Part shown: piece after piece, positions 20,399 through 30,222 of the stretch
Layout: the number at the start of each line of letters is the position of its first letter
Position numbering within the stretch: position 1 is the stretch's first letter
Source: an uncultured virus (IMG/VR IMGVR_UViG_3300045107_000066)
Taxonomy: Duplodnaviria; Heunggongvirae; Uroviricota; Caudoviricetes
Virus record (IMG/VR): IMGVR_UViG_3300045107_000066
Reading direction: 5' to 3' (one strand)
Length of the DNA stretch: 64,000 nt
Notes under the pieces: model-generated
The model's input: only the letters and a program-made list of their open reading frames with translations
What the model was told of the DNA's origin: nothing
The model's database searches: none
Translations under genes and position numbers: made by a program

Positions 20399-20629
20399 TC
20401 CCGGAGGGCACAACTGAGTTGCCAGTGAGGCTTTCGCCTCAAAGTGCCAACAGTTTGAAAGAATAAGGTTTGAAGCTTACAGTTTGACCCTTGACCACTT
20501 TAACGGTGCGGTAGGCTGTTGACGTTCGGCCTTTGAAGTAAAGGACCGCATGACCGTTTGCCGCTGTCTTGGGGTTCGGGTGTTAGCCCACGATTATTGT
20601 AGCTCAAACCCGTCAGCCGCCCTCCGGGA
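20399..20629 (-). ncRNA. candidate ncRNA with 11-bp terminal stem and ~7-nt periodic internal repeats
   Basis: TCCCGGAGGGC/GCCCTCCGGGA perfect inverted repeat; GTCAAGG GTCAAAC TGTAAGC TTCAAAC units; GAGGC-GAAA-GCCTC hairpin. Confidence 0.65.
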
Positions 20630-20657
20630 CTCCTAACGCCGGTCGCCCGGCGTGTTC

Positions 20658-21119
20658 TCACTCAACGTCGGTGACGTTGATCTTTGTGTTGGCGTTGTGG
20701 GCATCGACCTTGCCCTGGAGTTCGTCGATCTGGGCCGTCAGGTCGGCCACCTGCTTGTCCCGGTCCGCCTTGCGGATTTCGGCGACGTACTTCACCACCT
20801 GCCCCGTCCCGTAGCGGTCGGTCACGTTCCCGTGGACGACGCTCAGCCGGTTGAGGAAGGCGATCTTGCCCTTCAACTCGCTCAGCCGCAGGATGGTCGG
20901 CATGACCGGGAGCGTGGCCTTCTGGATCGCCAGCTTCAGTTCGATCAGGTGATCGACCAGCTTCTCACGCCGGGCGATGTTGTCGGCGATGCTGCCGACA
21001 AGCTCCCGCTCCGAACCCTCGACCACCGAGTTGTACGCAGCGATGTCGTTCTCGACCTTGCTGATCTTTTCCTTCACCCGCTTGATGTAGCGGAGGCCAC
21101 GAGCCAGTGTCATTTCCAT
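20658..21119 (-). CDS. DIP1984/'septicolysin'-like coiled-coil protein
   Basis: MTLARGL start, LIELKLAIQKA, C-terminal IDELQGKVDAHNANTKI; family recognised by eye. Confidence 0.6.
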   Translation of the reverse strand: MEMTLARGLRYIKRVKEKISKVENDIAAYNSVVEGSERELVGSIADNIARREKLVDHLIELKLAIQKATLPVMPTILRLSELKGKIAFLNRLSVVHGNVTDRYGTGQVVKYVAEIRKADRDKQVADLTAQIDELQGKVDAHNANTKINVTDVE

Positions 21120-21590
21120 TCTGTTCTCCTTGTGTTTCCCTTACCGATGTTTCGCTTCGAGGATATCAGCGGGGCTGCTGACATGCAACTCGAAATGATG
21201 ACGGGTCGCCCCGTCCCGCTTGTGATACTGCTTGGCCCACATCGGGGCACCCTTCTCCACGTCGCAGATCACGATCTCGTCTGCGGTGGAGGTAGCGGTT
21301 AGCTGATACCGCTGCATCTTCTTGTTGGCTTGGTCGTAGGTGTAGACGCTGTAGCTGTACGTCGTCTTCTCGATCCCTACGATGTTCTTGATCTCGATCT
21401 CGTCCGGCCGCTGGATGATCGAGACGTTCTCGACTTCCGCTTTGACCTTCGGAGTGGGGCTTCCACAGCCCGAGGCGCACACCGCTCCGATGAACATGCC
21501 ACCGATTCCTGCGATCAGTACAGCGGCACGCACCGAAATCTCCCGCATCAACATCGGATGCTCGTGGATAGTGTGCGACTTAGTGAAATT

Positions 21591-21890
21591 TCGGGAAGAC
21601 CAGTTTCGGAGAGACAACCCAGCCTACACGGCCTCCACCTTACGGCTTCAGCCTCGGCCAGATGTGAGTTCCACGGTACGGTCCCAGGTATTGCTACCTG
21701 GGGTGCCGTCGTTCGGCACGCTTGTCGCACACCCTTGCGGGGTACAGTACCCTAGCTATTACGCTTTGGGATCAAGCTCGCTATCACCCTTACGGTGTTC
21801 GCAACCTTAGACTCGTCAAGATGTAATCCCTCTACCTGTACCTGATTCATCACCAAGTACAAGCATCCTTGCGGACAGCATTCTTCCCGA
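21591..21890 (-). ncRNA. candidate ~300-nt structured ncRNA directly 3' of tRNA-Arg
   Basis: 9-bp terminal stem TCGGGAAGA/TCTTCCCGA; at least five GNRA-capped hairpins; no credible ORF. Confidence 0.7.
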
Positions 21891-21891
21891 G

Positions 21892-21962
21892 TAGCCCCTA
21901 CAGGAGTCGAACCTGTTCGACCTCTTTAGGAAAGAGGCACGCTTCCGTCACATCCAGGGGCC
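21892..21962 (-). tRNA. tRNA-Arg(CCT)
   Basis: Cloverleaf; CCTCT-TTCCTAA-AGAGG. Confidence 0.9.
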
Positions 21963-22426
21963 ATGCACTAAACCCTGTTTTGCCTCCCTGGGGGATGTGC
22001 AGTGCCGTGATACGGCTCCCCCAGGGAGGCTCAAGGGGAAGGAAACCCTCCCTTGATCCTTAACAGAGTTAAGTCTTGACGCAGAATCCGGTTCTCGGCC
22101 CGGTCGGCGTCTCTACCACTCGCCTCGGACATCCATACTGGATGAGCGCCCGAACGGCGATGGCAGCAACCTTACGCAACTGATCGAGTGCCGGTTCGTC
22201 GCCCGCACTCAGGGTCCAGGCGTCTTCCGCCTTGCGGACGTAAGTCGCCAGAGTCACCAGTTGCCCTTCGACGCCGTGGTCCCGTGCGTCGGCTCGGCCG
22301 CTGCCCTTGAGGGTTGACTGGTAAGCCAACTCCTCATTGATCGCTTCAATCACTTCCGGGGTCATCGTGACCAGCGGAAGTCCTGTCGTGTTTCCCATAC
22401 TACATCCTTGTAGCTCGTTTGTAAAG

Positions 22427-22505
22427 AGTCGCCGGGTGGAGTCGAACCACTTAGCAGTGGTTTTGCAGACCACCGGCCCACCCCGAGCCTTTCGCTTCCG
22501 ACGAC
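22427..22505 (-). tRNA. tRNA-Cys(GCA)-like, non-canonical
   Basis: GTGGT-CTGCAAA-ACCAC; U73; 9-nt linker between acceptor and D stem. Confidence 0.6.
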
Positions 22506-22708
22506 CTACTCTGTTCTTGGCTTAACCACCAGTGCTACCAGCTTGTCGCCGCACCACGCCGGTGCCCGAAGCATAGTCCACTGGTCGTGCGGATAGTGAG
22601 TGTTCAGTTTCGAGTACAAATCCGGCTCACTATCCGCCACCACGAACTCGGTGTCAATCCGTCGGCCTAGTCCTTGCAACTCTTCCAGGGTGATCGGCTG
22701 CCAGGACA

Positions 22709-22933
22709 TCACTTCGCCGCTACACGGACACAGCCGTTGCTCGTAGGTTCGCCGAATTCCTCCACGGCCTCGTCGAGCGTGGCGTCCAGGGCGTCGGAGA
22801 ACTCCTCGTCGAACTCGGACTCGGCCTGAAGCCAGAAGTCCACCCCGTCGCCCGGCGGGCTGCCAGCCTCTTCCCAGAGTTGGTAGGCCCGGACCCGGAT
22901 CACATCTTCCCGACTCGTAACGACCTGCGACAT
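22709..22933 (-). CDS. DUF2934-like protein
   Basis: IRVRAYQLWEEAGSPPG...FWLQAE. Confidence 0.8.
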   Translation of the reverse strand: MSQVVTSREDVIRVRAYQLWEEAGSPPGDGVDFWLQAESEFDEEFSDALDATLDEAVEEFGEPTSNGCVRVAAK

Positions 22934-23132
22934 GATTTGTTCTCCAAGACCCGATGGTTTTCCCGACATCGGTGAGGAGTTTATACCCGAAATCCAAGTC
23001 TGCGGCAAGAGTATTTACCGACGAGTGCAACTTTTTCGTCCGAAACCCGCCCCTCCGAAAAAACGAGAAACAGGCATAAAAAAATTCCGGGCAGCTTTCC
23101 TAACTAATAGCAGCATTAGTGAGGTAAAAAAC

Positions 23133-24008
23133 ATGTACAGTTCGTTCCAAGAGTTCGTTCAAATTCGTGAAGCCAGAACTTGCGAGTCTTACTTAAACGC
23201 AGCCGCCTGGGCCATTAAAGAACAAGCCGAGGAAGTGGGCTTTGAGCTTGTCTTCGACAGCTTCGCAGAGTCCGTCGCACTCGTTTCCCCGGAAACCACC
23301 GAGAAGCAACTTCTTCAAGAGTTCTTGAGCAACCTGCTCAAGAAGGCCGGGAACATGGTCGGCCTGGGTGGACGGCCTCAACAGCCTGCCGCTCCTGCTA
23401 AGCCAGCCGGTCCGCAACTGAACCAAGACCAGATCATGAAGTTCAAGGGTGCCGCTCAGACCGTGAGCCAAGCCATCCAGAACGCCATGATGGCCGTCAA
23501 CCAGAAGATCGCTCAGAACAAGGACAAGTACAGCTACGCTGTCATGCACGCCGTCCAGAACTCGATCCAGAAACTACTCCAGAAAGTCCAAACCGATCCG
23601 CAGTCCCTCGTGAAGCAAGCCGGTCAGGACTTCACCAACGGTATGAACACCGCCTTCGCTGGTGCCAACCCGCAGGCACAGGCTTCGACGGGCGACCGTT
23701 ACAACTCCCTCAGCGAGCCGATGAAGCAACGCTACGCTCAGATGATCGCAAAGCAGATCGGTGCCACCGGCCAGGAAGCCGCAGTCGCCAACCTGCTGAA
23801 CGCTGGTTTCACCAAGCCGGAGCAGATCAAGCAGCAGTTGATGAACGCTGGCAAGTTGCAGAACCCGCTGGGTGCAAACGCCAACGGCGCAACACAAGAC
23901 ATGGACCCGGCATACAAGGCCAAGCTCGCAAGCATGGCAGGTCAGCCGACCCCGGCACGACCCGTGGCACGCCCAGGAGCAACAGCCACCCCGACCGCAG
24001 CAGTCTAA
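23133..24008 (+). CDS. hypothetical Gln/Ala-rich phage protein, candidate internal head protein
   Basis: GAGG RBS, MYSSFQEFV start, terminator at ~24030-24063. Confidence 0.7.
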   Translation: MYSSFQEFVQIREARTCESYLNAAAWAIKEQAEEVGFELVFDSFAESVALVSPETTEKQLLQEFLSNLLKKAGNMVGLGGRPQQPAAPAKPAGPQLNQDQIMKFKGAAQTVSQAIQNAMMAVNQKIAQNKDKYSYAVMHAVQNSIQKLLQKVQTDPQSLVKQAGQDFTNGMNTAFAGANPQAQASTGDRYNSLSEPMKQRYAQMIAKQIGATGQEAAVANLLNAGFTKPEQIKQQLMNAGKLQNPLGANANGATQDMDPAYKAKLASMAGQPTPARPVARPGATATPTAAV

Positions 24009-24062
24009 GTAACATCCCCACACTAATGCAGAAGACCCAGGCAAACGCCTGGGTCTTTCTTT

Positions 24063-24590
24063 TTACGGCTCGTCGATACACTCGCAGTGAAGATGGGCGT
24101 TCGGGTCCGGCTCGTCCTGCCCCGTCTCGAAAAGTTCCCGTGCTGCCGTCAGCACTTGACCGAGCCAGTTCTTCCCTCGCCACGTCGCCCGGTCCTGGGC
24201 CTTCGGGTCGTCTTCCTTCAACCCGATCCCCCAAATCTTATCGTAGGGGCTGGCCTCCACCAGCGTAGTGCCCTTCGTCGCCAGCAGTTTTTCCAACAAG
24301 TCCGGGTTCTGTTTGAACTTGGCGAGGTTGCCCCGCAGCACCACGTCACGGGCCACGCCCTCCCACTTGCCCTGGTCGAACGGCGTGACCTGACGACCGA
24401 GTGCCTTCTGGGCCTTCGGGCTGGTCGTTTCCAGAATCTTCTTGGCGGTTTCCTTGTCACCGAAGAAGAGAGCCTTCTGGTGCATCATGTATTGCTCGGC
24501 GCAGTTGTACTCCACGCCATCGACCGTGAACTTGCAACGGTGCCACTGCGAAAACGGCCCGCTCCAAAAGAACGTGAACTTCTCAGACAT
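24063..24590 (-). CDS. NADAR (YbiA-like) family protein
   Basis: FSQWH, AEQYMMHQKALFFGD, KALGRQV, LVEASPYDKIWGIG, GKNWLGQVL. Confidence 0.92.
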   Translation of the reverse strand: MSEKFTFFWSGPFSQWHRCKFTVDGVEYNCAEQYMMHQKALFFGDKETAKKILETTSPKAQKALGRQVTPFDQGKWEGVARDVVLRGNLAKFKQNPDLLEKLLATKGTTLVEASPYDKIWGIGLKEDDPKAQDRATWRGKNWLGQVLTAARELFETGQDEPDPNAHLHCECIDEP

Positions 24591-25446
24591 CGAGTCTCCC
24601 TCCTATCATGTGTTTATCCATCTGCCGTGTGAACACGGCCCGGAACTCCGGCGTCTGACACTGTGCATACGAGAACGCTATCTGCGGCTCGAAGCCAGGG
24701 AACACGTCTCGCACGACGCCGTGGTTAATCTCTTCCATCATCAGAGCATACAGCACCCGATTCGCCCGAATGGGCTGGGGCATACACCCTTGCAGCAAGT
24801 GAAGGTTCGTCTGACCCCTTACATCCGAGTGAATCATACCGTTGTGAGAAAATGGTTCTAACGGAATGCCCAGGTCGCCCATGTGCAACAGGTAGCAGAT
24901 CATCGACTCGTCGTTGTAGTAGTCGAGAGTCGTCACCCGCTTGACCGTCTCTTCCATCCCAGGGCGGTCGGCCATGAGACAGGCGGCTGCAACCTGCGAC
25001 AACATACTGAACGAGCGGTAGCCGCCGTCGAAGGTGAAGCACCCGTTGTTCACGAAGCAGCCCGTTCGGGCCATCCGCAACACAGAGAAGTCCCAATCCT
25101 CGGGCACGCAACCCATCCAGAACAAGTCCGTGTCCATGTGGACGTACTTGCCCGGATGCAAGGCGGCGGACCGGAACAGGGTGATGATCCGAGAGAACAC
25201 CAGTCGAGTGAGAGGCGGCAGGCTGTGATGGAAGTTGTACATCACAGCCGGGACAACCTGGAAGTCCAGCATCTTCGGATAGGACTTCCAATCACACCCG
25301 TTGAAGTCGTACACCACTACCGGAGCGTCGGTGTAGTTCCTCAGTGAAGCGATGGTCAGGATCGGGTTGCAATACGGATCGCTGACCGGGCAGGAACCCG
25401 GCACCGGCGAATAGTAGCTCGTCAGGTAGGTTATTGTTGACGGCAT
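24583..25446 (-). CDS. putative GT-A fold nucleotide-sugar transferase
   Basis: HMDTDLFW DxD motif, VNNGCF, YNDES. Confidence 0.5.
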   Translation of the reverse strand: MPSTITYLTSYYSPVPGSCPVSDPYCNPILTIASLRNYTDAPVVVYDFNGCDWKSYPKMLDFQVVPAVMYNFHHSLPPLTRLVFSRIITLFRSAALHPGKYVHMDTDLFWMGCVPEDWDFSVLRMARTGCFVNNGCFTFDGGYRSFSMLSQVAAACLMADRPGMEETVKRVTTLDYYNDESMICYLLHMGDLGIPLEPFSHNGMIHSDVRGQTNLHLLQGCMPQPIRANRVLYALMMEEINHGVVRDVFPGFEPQIAFSYAQCQTPEFRAVFTRQMDKHMIGGRLDV

Positions 25447-25868
25447 GCTTCTTCGTACTGCGGGTCAAGCTCTGCGTGCAGGGCGGCGATCTCTTCCTTC
25501 GTGAACGGCGGCTTCCCGGCCTTCACACGGAAGTGGTTCATCCACTGAATCTGAACCCACGGGACGACCGGCATTGGTTTGGTCATACCGAGTTCGCCGC
25601 AGGGGTTGAGGGTTTGTTGTTCCATAATTCGCCGGGGCAGGATTCGAACCTGCATTTGCTCCATGTCTAAGAGCGTGCTGCACCTTTACACCATGACGCT
25701 CCACGAAACAACCGGGCTGCTATCCGGTTATCCCGCTTGCGTTGCCAGAATCGAACCAGCGTCTTCTCTCGGGAGCCTAGTGCTACCGTTGCACAACCCG
25801 GCTCTTGGAGTATAACAAAAAAGACAGGGGAGGCAATCGCCTCCCCTGTCTTTTCAGCCCTTTGGGGT

Positions 25869-26711
25869 TTAGTCCAAAAAGGCGACGTGTCGCATTGCTG
25901 CGGCTTGGTTCTCGGTGTTCATCAGCACCCGGCACCACGTCGGCAGGACGATGGTGGCGTGGTCGGCGTGGCTGATCCGGCCCTTAGCGTAGACGTTGGC
26001 GTCACGGACCATGACCCGCCAGCCCGGAGCCTTCCGCTCCTTCTCGGACAACTTGTGGTAAGCCTTCGCCGAGATGCCAGTGGGGTGCTGGCCGTTGACG
26101 TAGACCGTCTCGCCGCCCGCCCGGTAGCAGAACTCCATCGTGTGCGGCTTGCTGCCACGGCCACGGGTCAGGGGTTCGTTCTTGAGGATCAGGGCTTCGT
26201 CCGGCTTCAGGTCCGGGGCGGGGACGAAGAACCACTCGCCCTGGCGTTGGTAGACTTCGTTCTTCCGCTTCAGAGCCTTCTCGGGCTTGAGGCCGCTCTT
26301 GGCGAGGAGTTCCTGAACAGCCTTCGGCTGGAGGGCTTCCTTCGCCCGGCGAACGTCGCCGACGCCGGTAGCCTTCTCCGGGATGGCTGCGACGAACCAG
26401 TGGCGTTCGTCGTGCCCGCACAGGAACTTGCTCTTGTTGACCTGCCCCCGCTCGTCCTCGGTCTTCACCAAGAGAAGCAGGTGACGGTCGTCAGGCTTGA
26501 TGTCTACGACATCGACCTGAGCGGGTTCGGTGTTGGCTGGGAACTGGATGTCGAAGTATTCCCCGTTCTTGTCGCTGCGCACATCGAGGCGGGGGACGCC
26601 GAACTGCTGCGGTTGGGTCGTGGTGAAACGACGGAACCGTGGTGGCGGGGCGGTGGTGATCTTCACCCGTGCGCCCATTTCCTCGAAGCGCTTGATGAGT
26701 ACGTTACTCAT
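25869..26711 (-). CDS. hypothetical protein
   Basis: Clean 280-aa ORF with terminator; FLCGHDERHWFVA, RQGEWFF, HADHAT. Confidence 0.75.
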   Translation of the reverse strand: MSNVLIKRFEEMGARVKITTAPPPRFRRFTTTQPQQFGVPRLDVRSDKNGEYFDIQFPANTEPAQVDVVDIKPDDRHLLLLVKTEDERGQVNKSKFLCGHDERHWFVAAIPEKATGVGDVRRAKEALQPKAVQELLAKSGLKPEKALKRKNEVYQRQGEWFFVPAPDLKPDEALILKNEPLTRGRGSKPHTMEFCYRAGGETVYVNGQHPTGISAKAYHKLSEKERKAPGWRVMVRDANVYAKGRISHADHATIVLPTWCRVLMNTENQAAAMRHVAFLD

Positions 26712-26885
26712 GTGGCACTTCCTTAACTTTTGTTAGACACTCTCTTCCACGCTGGGGTCGCTACTCCCGTTGTGGATTATTATCTATACACCACTCCCCG
26801 AAGTTTATCAAGAGGGAAAATAGAAAAGCCCGCCGATTTCTCGGCGGGCTTCCTCCGTTAGTGAATGTGGGGTTGGCCGATCAGG

Positions 26886-27407
26886 TTACTTGTAGATCGG
26901 CACCAGTTGCCCGTTGATGAGGGCGTACCCCTGGAAGGTGAGGGTCTGGCCCTGCTGTTGCTGTTGCGGCATCGGCTGGCCCTGCTGGATCGCCGGTGCC
27001 GCCCCGGTCGCCGGGATCGCCGACGACTGGCCGGGCGTCGTGCTGGACGACGGCGGCAGGGTGATGGTGGGCTGAGCGGCCGGGAACTGGATCGGCTGCT
27101 GCCAGTTCGGCTGCCAGCCAGCGATGGCGGGCTGCTGGAAGGACTGCGGGAACTGCTGGAAGGCGAACCCCGCCTGCTGGCACTCGGCACAGTTGCTCGC
27201 CGGGCTGGTGCTGATGAACCCGGTGGAGGCGTAGCCGCCACTGCACCCGCTGTTACACCCGGCGGAAGCGTAGCTCCCGCTGCACCCGGAGGAGGCGACG
27301 GCGTGCCCGCCACCGCACCCGCCCTTGCGACGACCCCCGAAGGCCGAAGCGTCCGCCGCCAGAACACCCGCCAGCCCCAGGGCCAGCATCAGTCGGAACT
27401 GCATCAC
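26886..27407 (-). CDS. secreted Gly/Cys-rich low-complexity protein (planctomycete type)
   Basis: Signal peptide ending ADASA, then FGGRRKGGCGGG and SGCSG repeats. Confidence 0.7.
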   Translation of the reverse strand: MMQFRLMLALGLAGVLAADASAFGGRRKGGCGGGHAVASSGCSGSYASAGCNSGCSGGYASTGFISTSPASNCAECQQAGFAFQQFPQSFQQPAIAGWQPNWQQPIQFPAAQPTITLPPSSSTTPGQSSAIPATGAAPAIQQGQPMPQQQQQGQTLTFQGYALINGQLVPIYK

Positions 27408-28795
27408 GAACCCTCCTGAGATTCACGGCCAGCCGCCTGCTTGACGACCGGGACCACACTGAAGTGGACAGGGAGAGTAATACCGACGCCCTGGCGGGGT
27501 GTCAACCTTTTTTTCAGATTGCGGGTGAATCGGGGATTAGCTCGGCGTACAGCGTCTCGAAGAACTCAGCGTCCATCGCCTTCGGCAGCGGAGGTTGGCT
27601 TTGTAGCTCCTGGGACATCTCCCGAAAACAATTGTCGCACATCCCGTGCGTCACCGCCGTGTTCTCAAGCGGTTCCTTCTGTCCCTGGTGGCTGTTGCAC
27701 CACGCACACATCACGATCATTGGGCGTACCCTCCTGCCGATGCACCCAATAGTGGGCGCACCGTGCTGCGAATGCCTCGAAGTAAGCTTGGGGATCAGTC
27801 CCGAACTCGGGGAAGCGGCCTGCCTCCAAACAACTTCTAGCATACAATCCGCAGTTGTGGAAAAATTCCACGGAATTCGGGAGGGCTTTCTTCGACTGGT
27901 CGCCTTCCGGCAGCGTCGAGTACAACTCGTGGTCATCGACCCAGCAGCGGCCGTGGCCCTCTTCGAGCATGTGTAAACGAATCCGACCCCGGAGGCGTCT
28001 GGCCTCATCAGCCAGTTGCTCCGGGGTCATCGTGTCCAGATCGGTGTCCTGGTTCACTTTTTGTCCTTCTCTTCTTCGGATGTGAACGAGCGTTTGAGGC
28101 CACGCCACAAGCCCTGGCCGAGATCGCCCCCGGCCTCGCCGATGCCTTCACCCGCCTTCTTCCAGTCGAGCTTGACGTGGCGGGTTGCGGTGATGTCGTC
28201 CTTCGTGTTGGGCTTGCCGTCCGGCCCACACGAGATGATGGTCATCGACTTCATGAAGCCGTCGTTGTACTTGACCATCAGGTCGTTGCCCCACGGGTCG
28301 GCCCGGTGGAGGGCTTCCGCCAGCCCCTCCTCGGGACAACTCCTGCACTCCTCGACCATCTCCTTCGCCTGCTTGACCTTCTCCTTCTCCAGCCTGATCT
28401 GTTCCTGCCGCTCGTTGTACTCCCGGTTCAGGGCACAGCCACCGTAACCGATCAGACCGGCGACAACCAACATGATGACGAAGATCACAAAAGGCCCGGC
28501 GGGGTCGTTACGTCGCATGTCATCCTCCTTATCGGTCACGGTCGTCGTAGTCGTATCGCTCATTGTACCCGTCGTCGTCGCCGGTGTAATGTCGGCTCGG
28601 GACGTAGTTGGGGCGGTAGGTCTGTAGGTCAGTTACCTGACGGCGAAGCGACGTGTTCTCGCTACGCAGCTTCGTGTTTTCGGCACGGAGTTCAGCGTTT
28701 TCCTTCTGCAATTGTTCCAGTTCGGTCATGTTATCCCCTTAATGCGGATAGATAAGACATCTATGATCTAAATCAATACTCCCAGGAGGCCCGCT

Positions 28796-29218
28796 ATGGT
28801 GAAGAGACTTCTCCGGTTCTGTGAATCGTTCGCCAAGAAAACAACTCATTGGGCCGGGAGTAGTCTAGCGTTCCTGCTGGCGATTCTGGTCATCTTACTC
28901 TGGATCGTCACTGGCCCACTCTTCGGATTCTCAGACACATGGCAACTGGTGATTAACACCGGCACCACCATCGTGACCTTCCTGATGGTATTCCTTATTC
29001 AACGCACGCAGAACAAAGACTCCATCGCCCTCCAGCTAAAGCTTAACGAATTGCTGGCCGCTCATCAAGGGGCGAGCAACCGATTGCTGAACATCGAAGA
29101 GTTGTCGGAAGAGGAGATTATGGCGTTGCAGAAGAAGTATCACAAGCTGGCAGACAAGATCAAGGCCGATGACAATCCGCACCGGGCCTTCACTGTTGAC
29201 GAAGTGGACGACGACTGA
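28796..29218 (+). CDS. low-affinity iron permease (Fet4-like) family protein
   Basis: FSDTWQLVINTGTTIVTFLMVFLIQRTQNKD, LKLNEL. Confidence 0.9.
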   Translation: MVKRLLRFCESFAKKTTHWAGSSLAFLLAILVILLWIVTGPLFGFSDTWQLVINTGTTIVTFLMVFLIQRTQNKDSIALQLKLNELLAAHQGASNRLLNIEELSEEEIMALQKKYHKLADKIKADDNPHRAFTVDEVDDD

Positions 29219-29353
29219 ACCGCTTCTTCCACAACCGATCCAGTAGTTTGATCCAGAGGCGGGCACACCGCTGGCTACAGAGAGGTTTCAACGTCCCGTC
29301 TGTGTCGTAAAACCCCCAGACGGGACGGTTTCGTTTACACCAACTGCATCTCA

Positions 29354-29722
29354 TCATAGGAGCTTCAAGCTCCCCGTGATCTTGTCGATCTTCCCCGCCG
29401 GAGCCGGACCGATGGCGAGGCAGGTCTTGGTGGGCACTCCGTTGAACTCAGTACGCCCGCTGTCCGTAATCATGTGGACGGTGAGCATGGCGTCCTTCGC
29501 CTTCTGGAAGATGTCGAGCAGTTCTTCCTCGGAGTCGCAGCGGACGCAAATCTTGGCGTAGCCCGATTCGGTCCACTCGACTTCTTCCTTCGTGAGCTTC
29601 TGCCCGTTGAGGAGTTTCTGCATCAAAAACGCACCGGAGGCGTGCGAACCCTGGGCGACCATCTTGCCCTTGCGCATGTTCAGGTCGTTACGCATCACGA
29701 TGACTTGCTTCACGTCGTCCAT
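29354..29722 (-). CDS. peptidyl-tRNA hydrolase Pth2
   Basis: KQVIVMRNDLNMRKGKMVAQGSHAS, ITDSGRTEF, TCLAIGP, IDKITGSLKLL. Confidence 0.93.
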   Translation of the reverse strand: MDDVKQVIVMRNDLNMRKGKMVAQGSHASGAFLMQKLLNGQKLTKEEVEWTESGYAKICVRCDSEEELLDIFQKAKDAMLTVHMITDSGRTEFNGVPTKTCLAIGPAPAGKIDKITGSLKLL

Positions 29723-30018
29723 CACTTCTCCACTTTCGTGACTTTACCGAAGATAGTCTTCGTCCAGCCGTTGACGTGCCCCTTGTTGTTGCTGATCTGC
29801 CACCGCTGGCCGTCTTTGGCGGTAATCAGATGGAGGTAGTAGGTGCCGTGGACTTTGCACAGCACCACGTCGCCTACCTCTAGCGTCTCGGGAGCGACGG
29901 GCTGGACAGTTACCAGATCACCGTCGTCCACTTTCCCTGTCATCGAGTTGCCTCTAGGCCGAAACTGGACGGTTTCGCCTTTCTGCAACTTCTCAACATG
30001 CGGCTTTGCCCAACTCAC
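29722..30018 (-). CDS. S24/S26 peptidase-like small protein
   Basis: PRGNSM, GDVVLCKV, ISNNKG. Confidence 0.6.
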   Translation of the reverse strand: MSWAKPHVEKLQKGETVQFRPRGNSMTGKVDDGDLVTVQPVAPETLEVGDVVLCKVHGTYYLHLITAKDGQRWQISNNKGHVNGWTKTIFGKVTKVEK

Positions 30019-30222
30019 ACTTCACCGCCATGAACGGGTTAACGATCTGCATGCCCTCGGCCTGCTTCTCTGCCTTCTCTTCGCCCGCCCGCTCGATCTC
30101 CCTCCGGGAGTGGAACGGACAGCAGTGCAACGACCAGTCGAGGCAGACGCCGTAGAACACGCCTTCCCCTGATACTACCTTGACGGCTTTGCAATTACAA
30201 CCGGGAATTTCGCAGCTTGGCA

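Noticed and set aside
21591..21890. RNase P RNA or group I/II intron
   Set aside because: No GAGGAAAGUCC/P4 signature and no intron core motifs are visible, and it does not interrupt a gene
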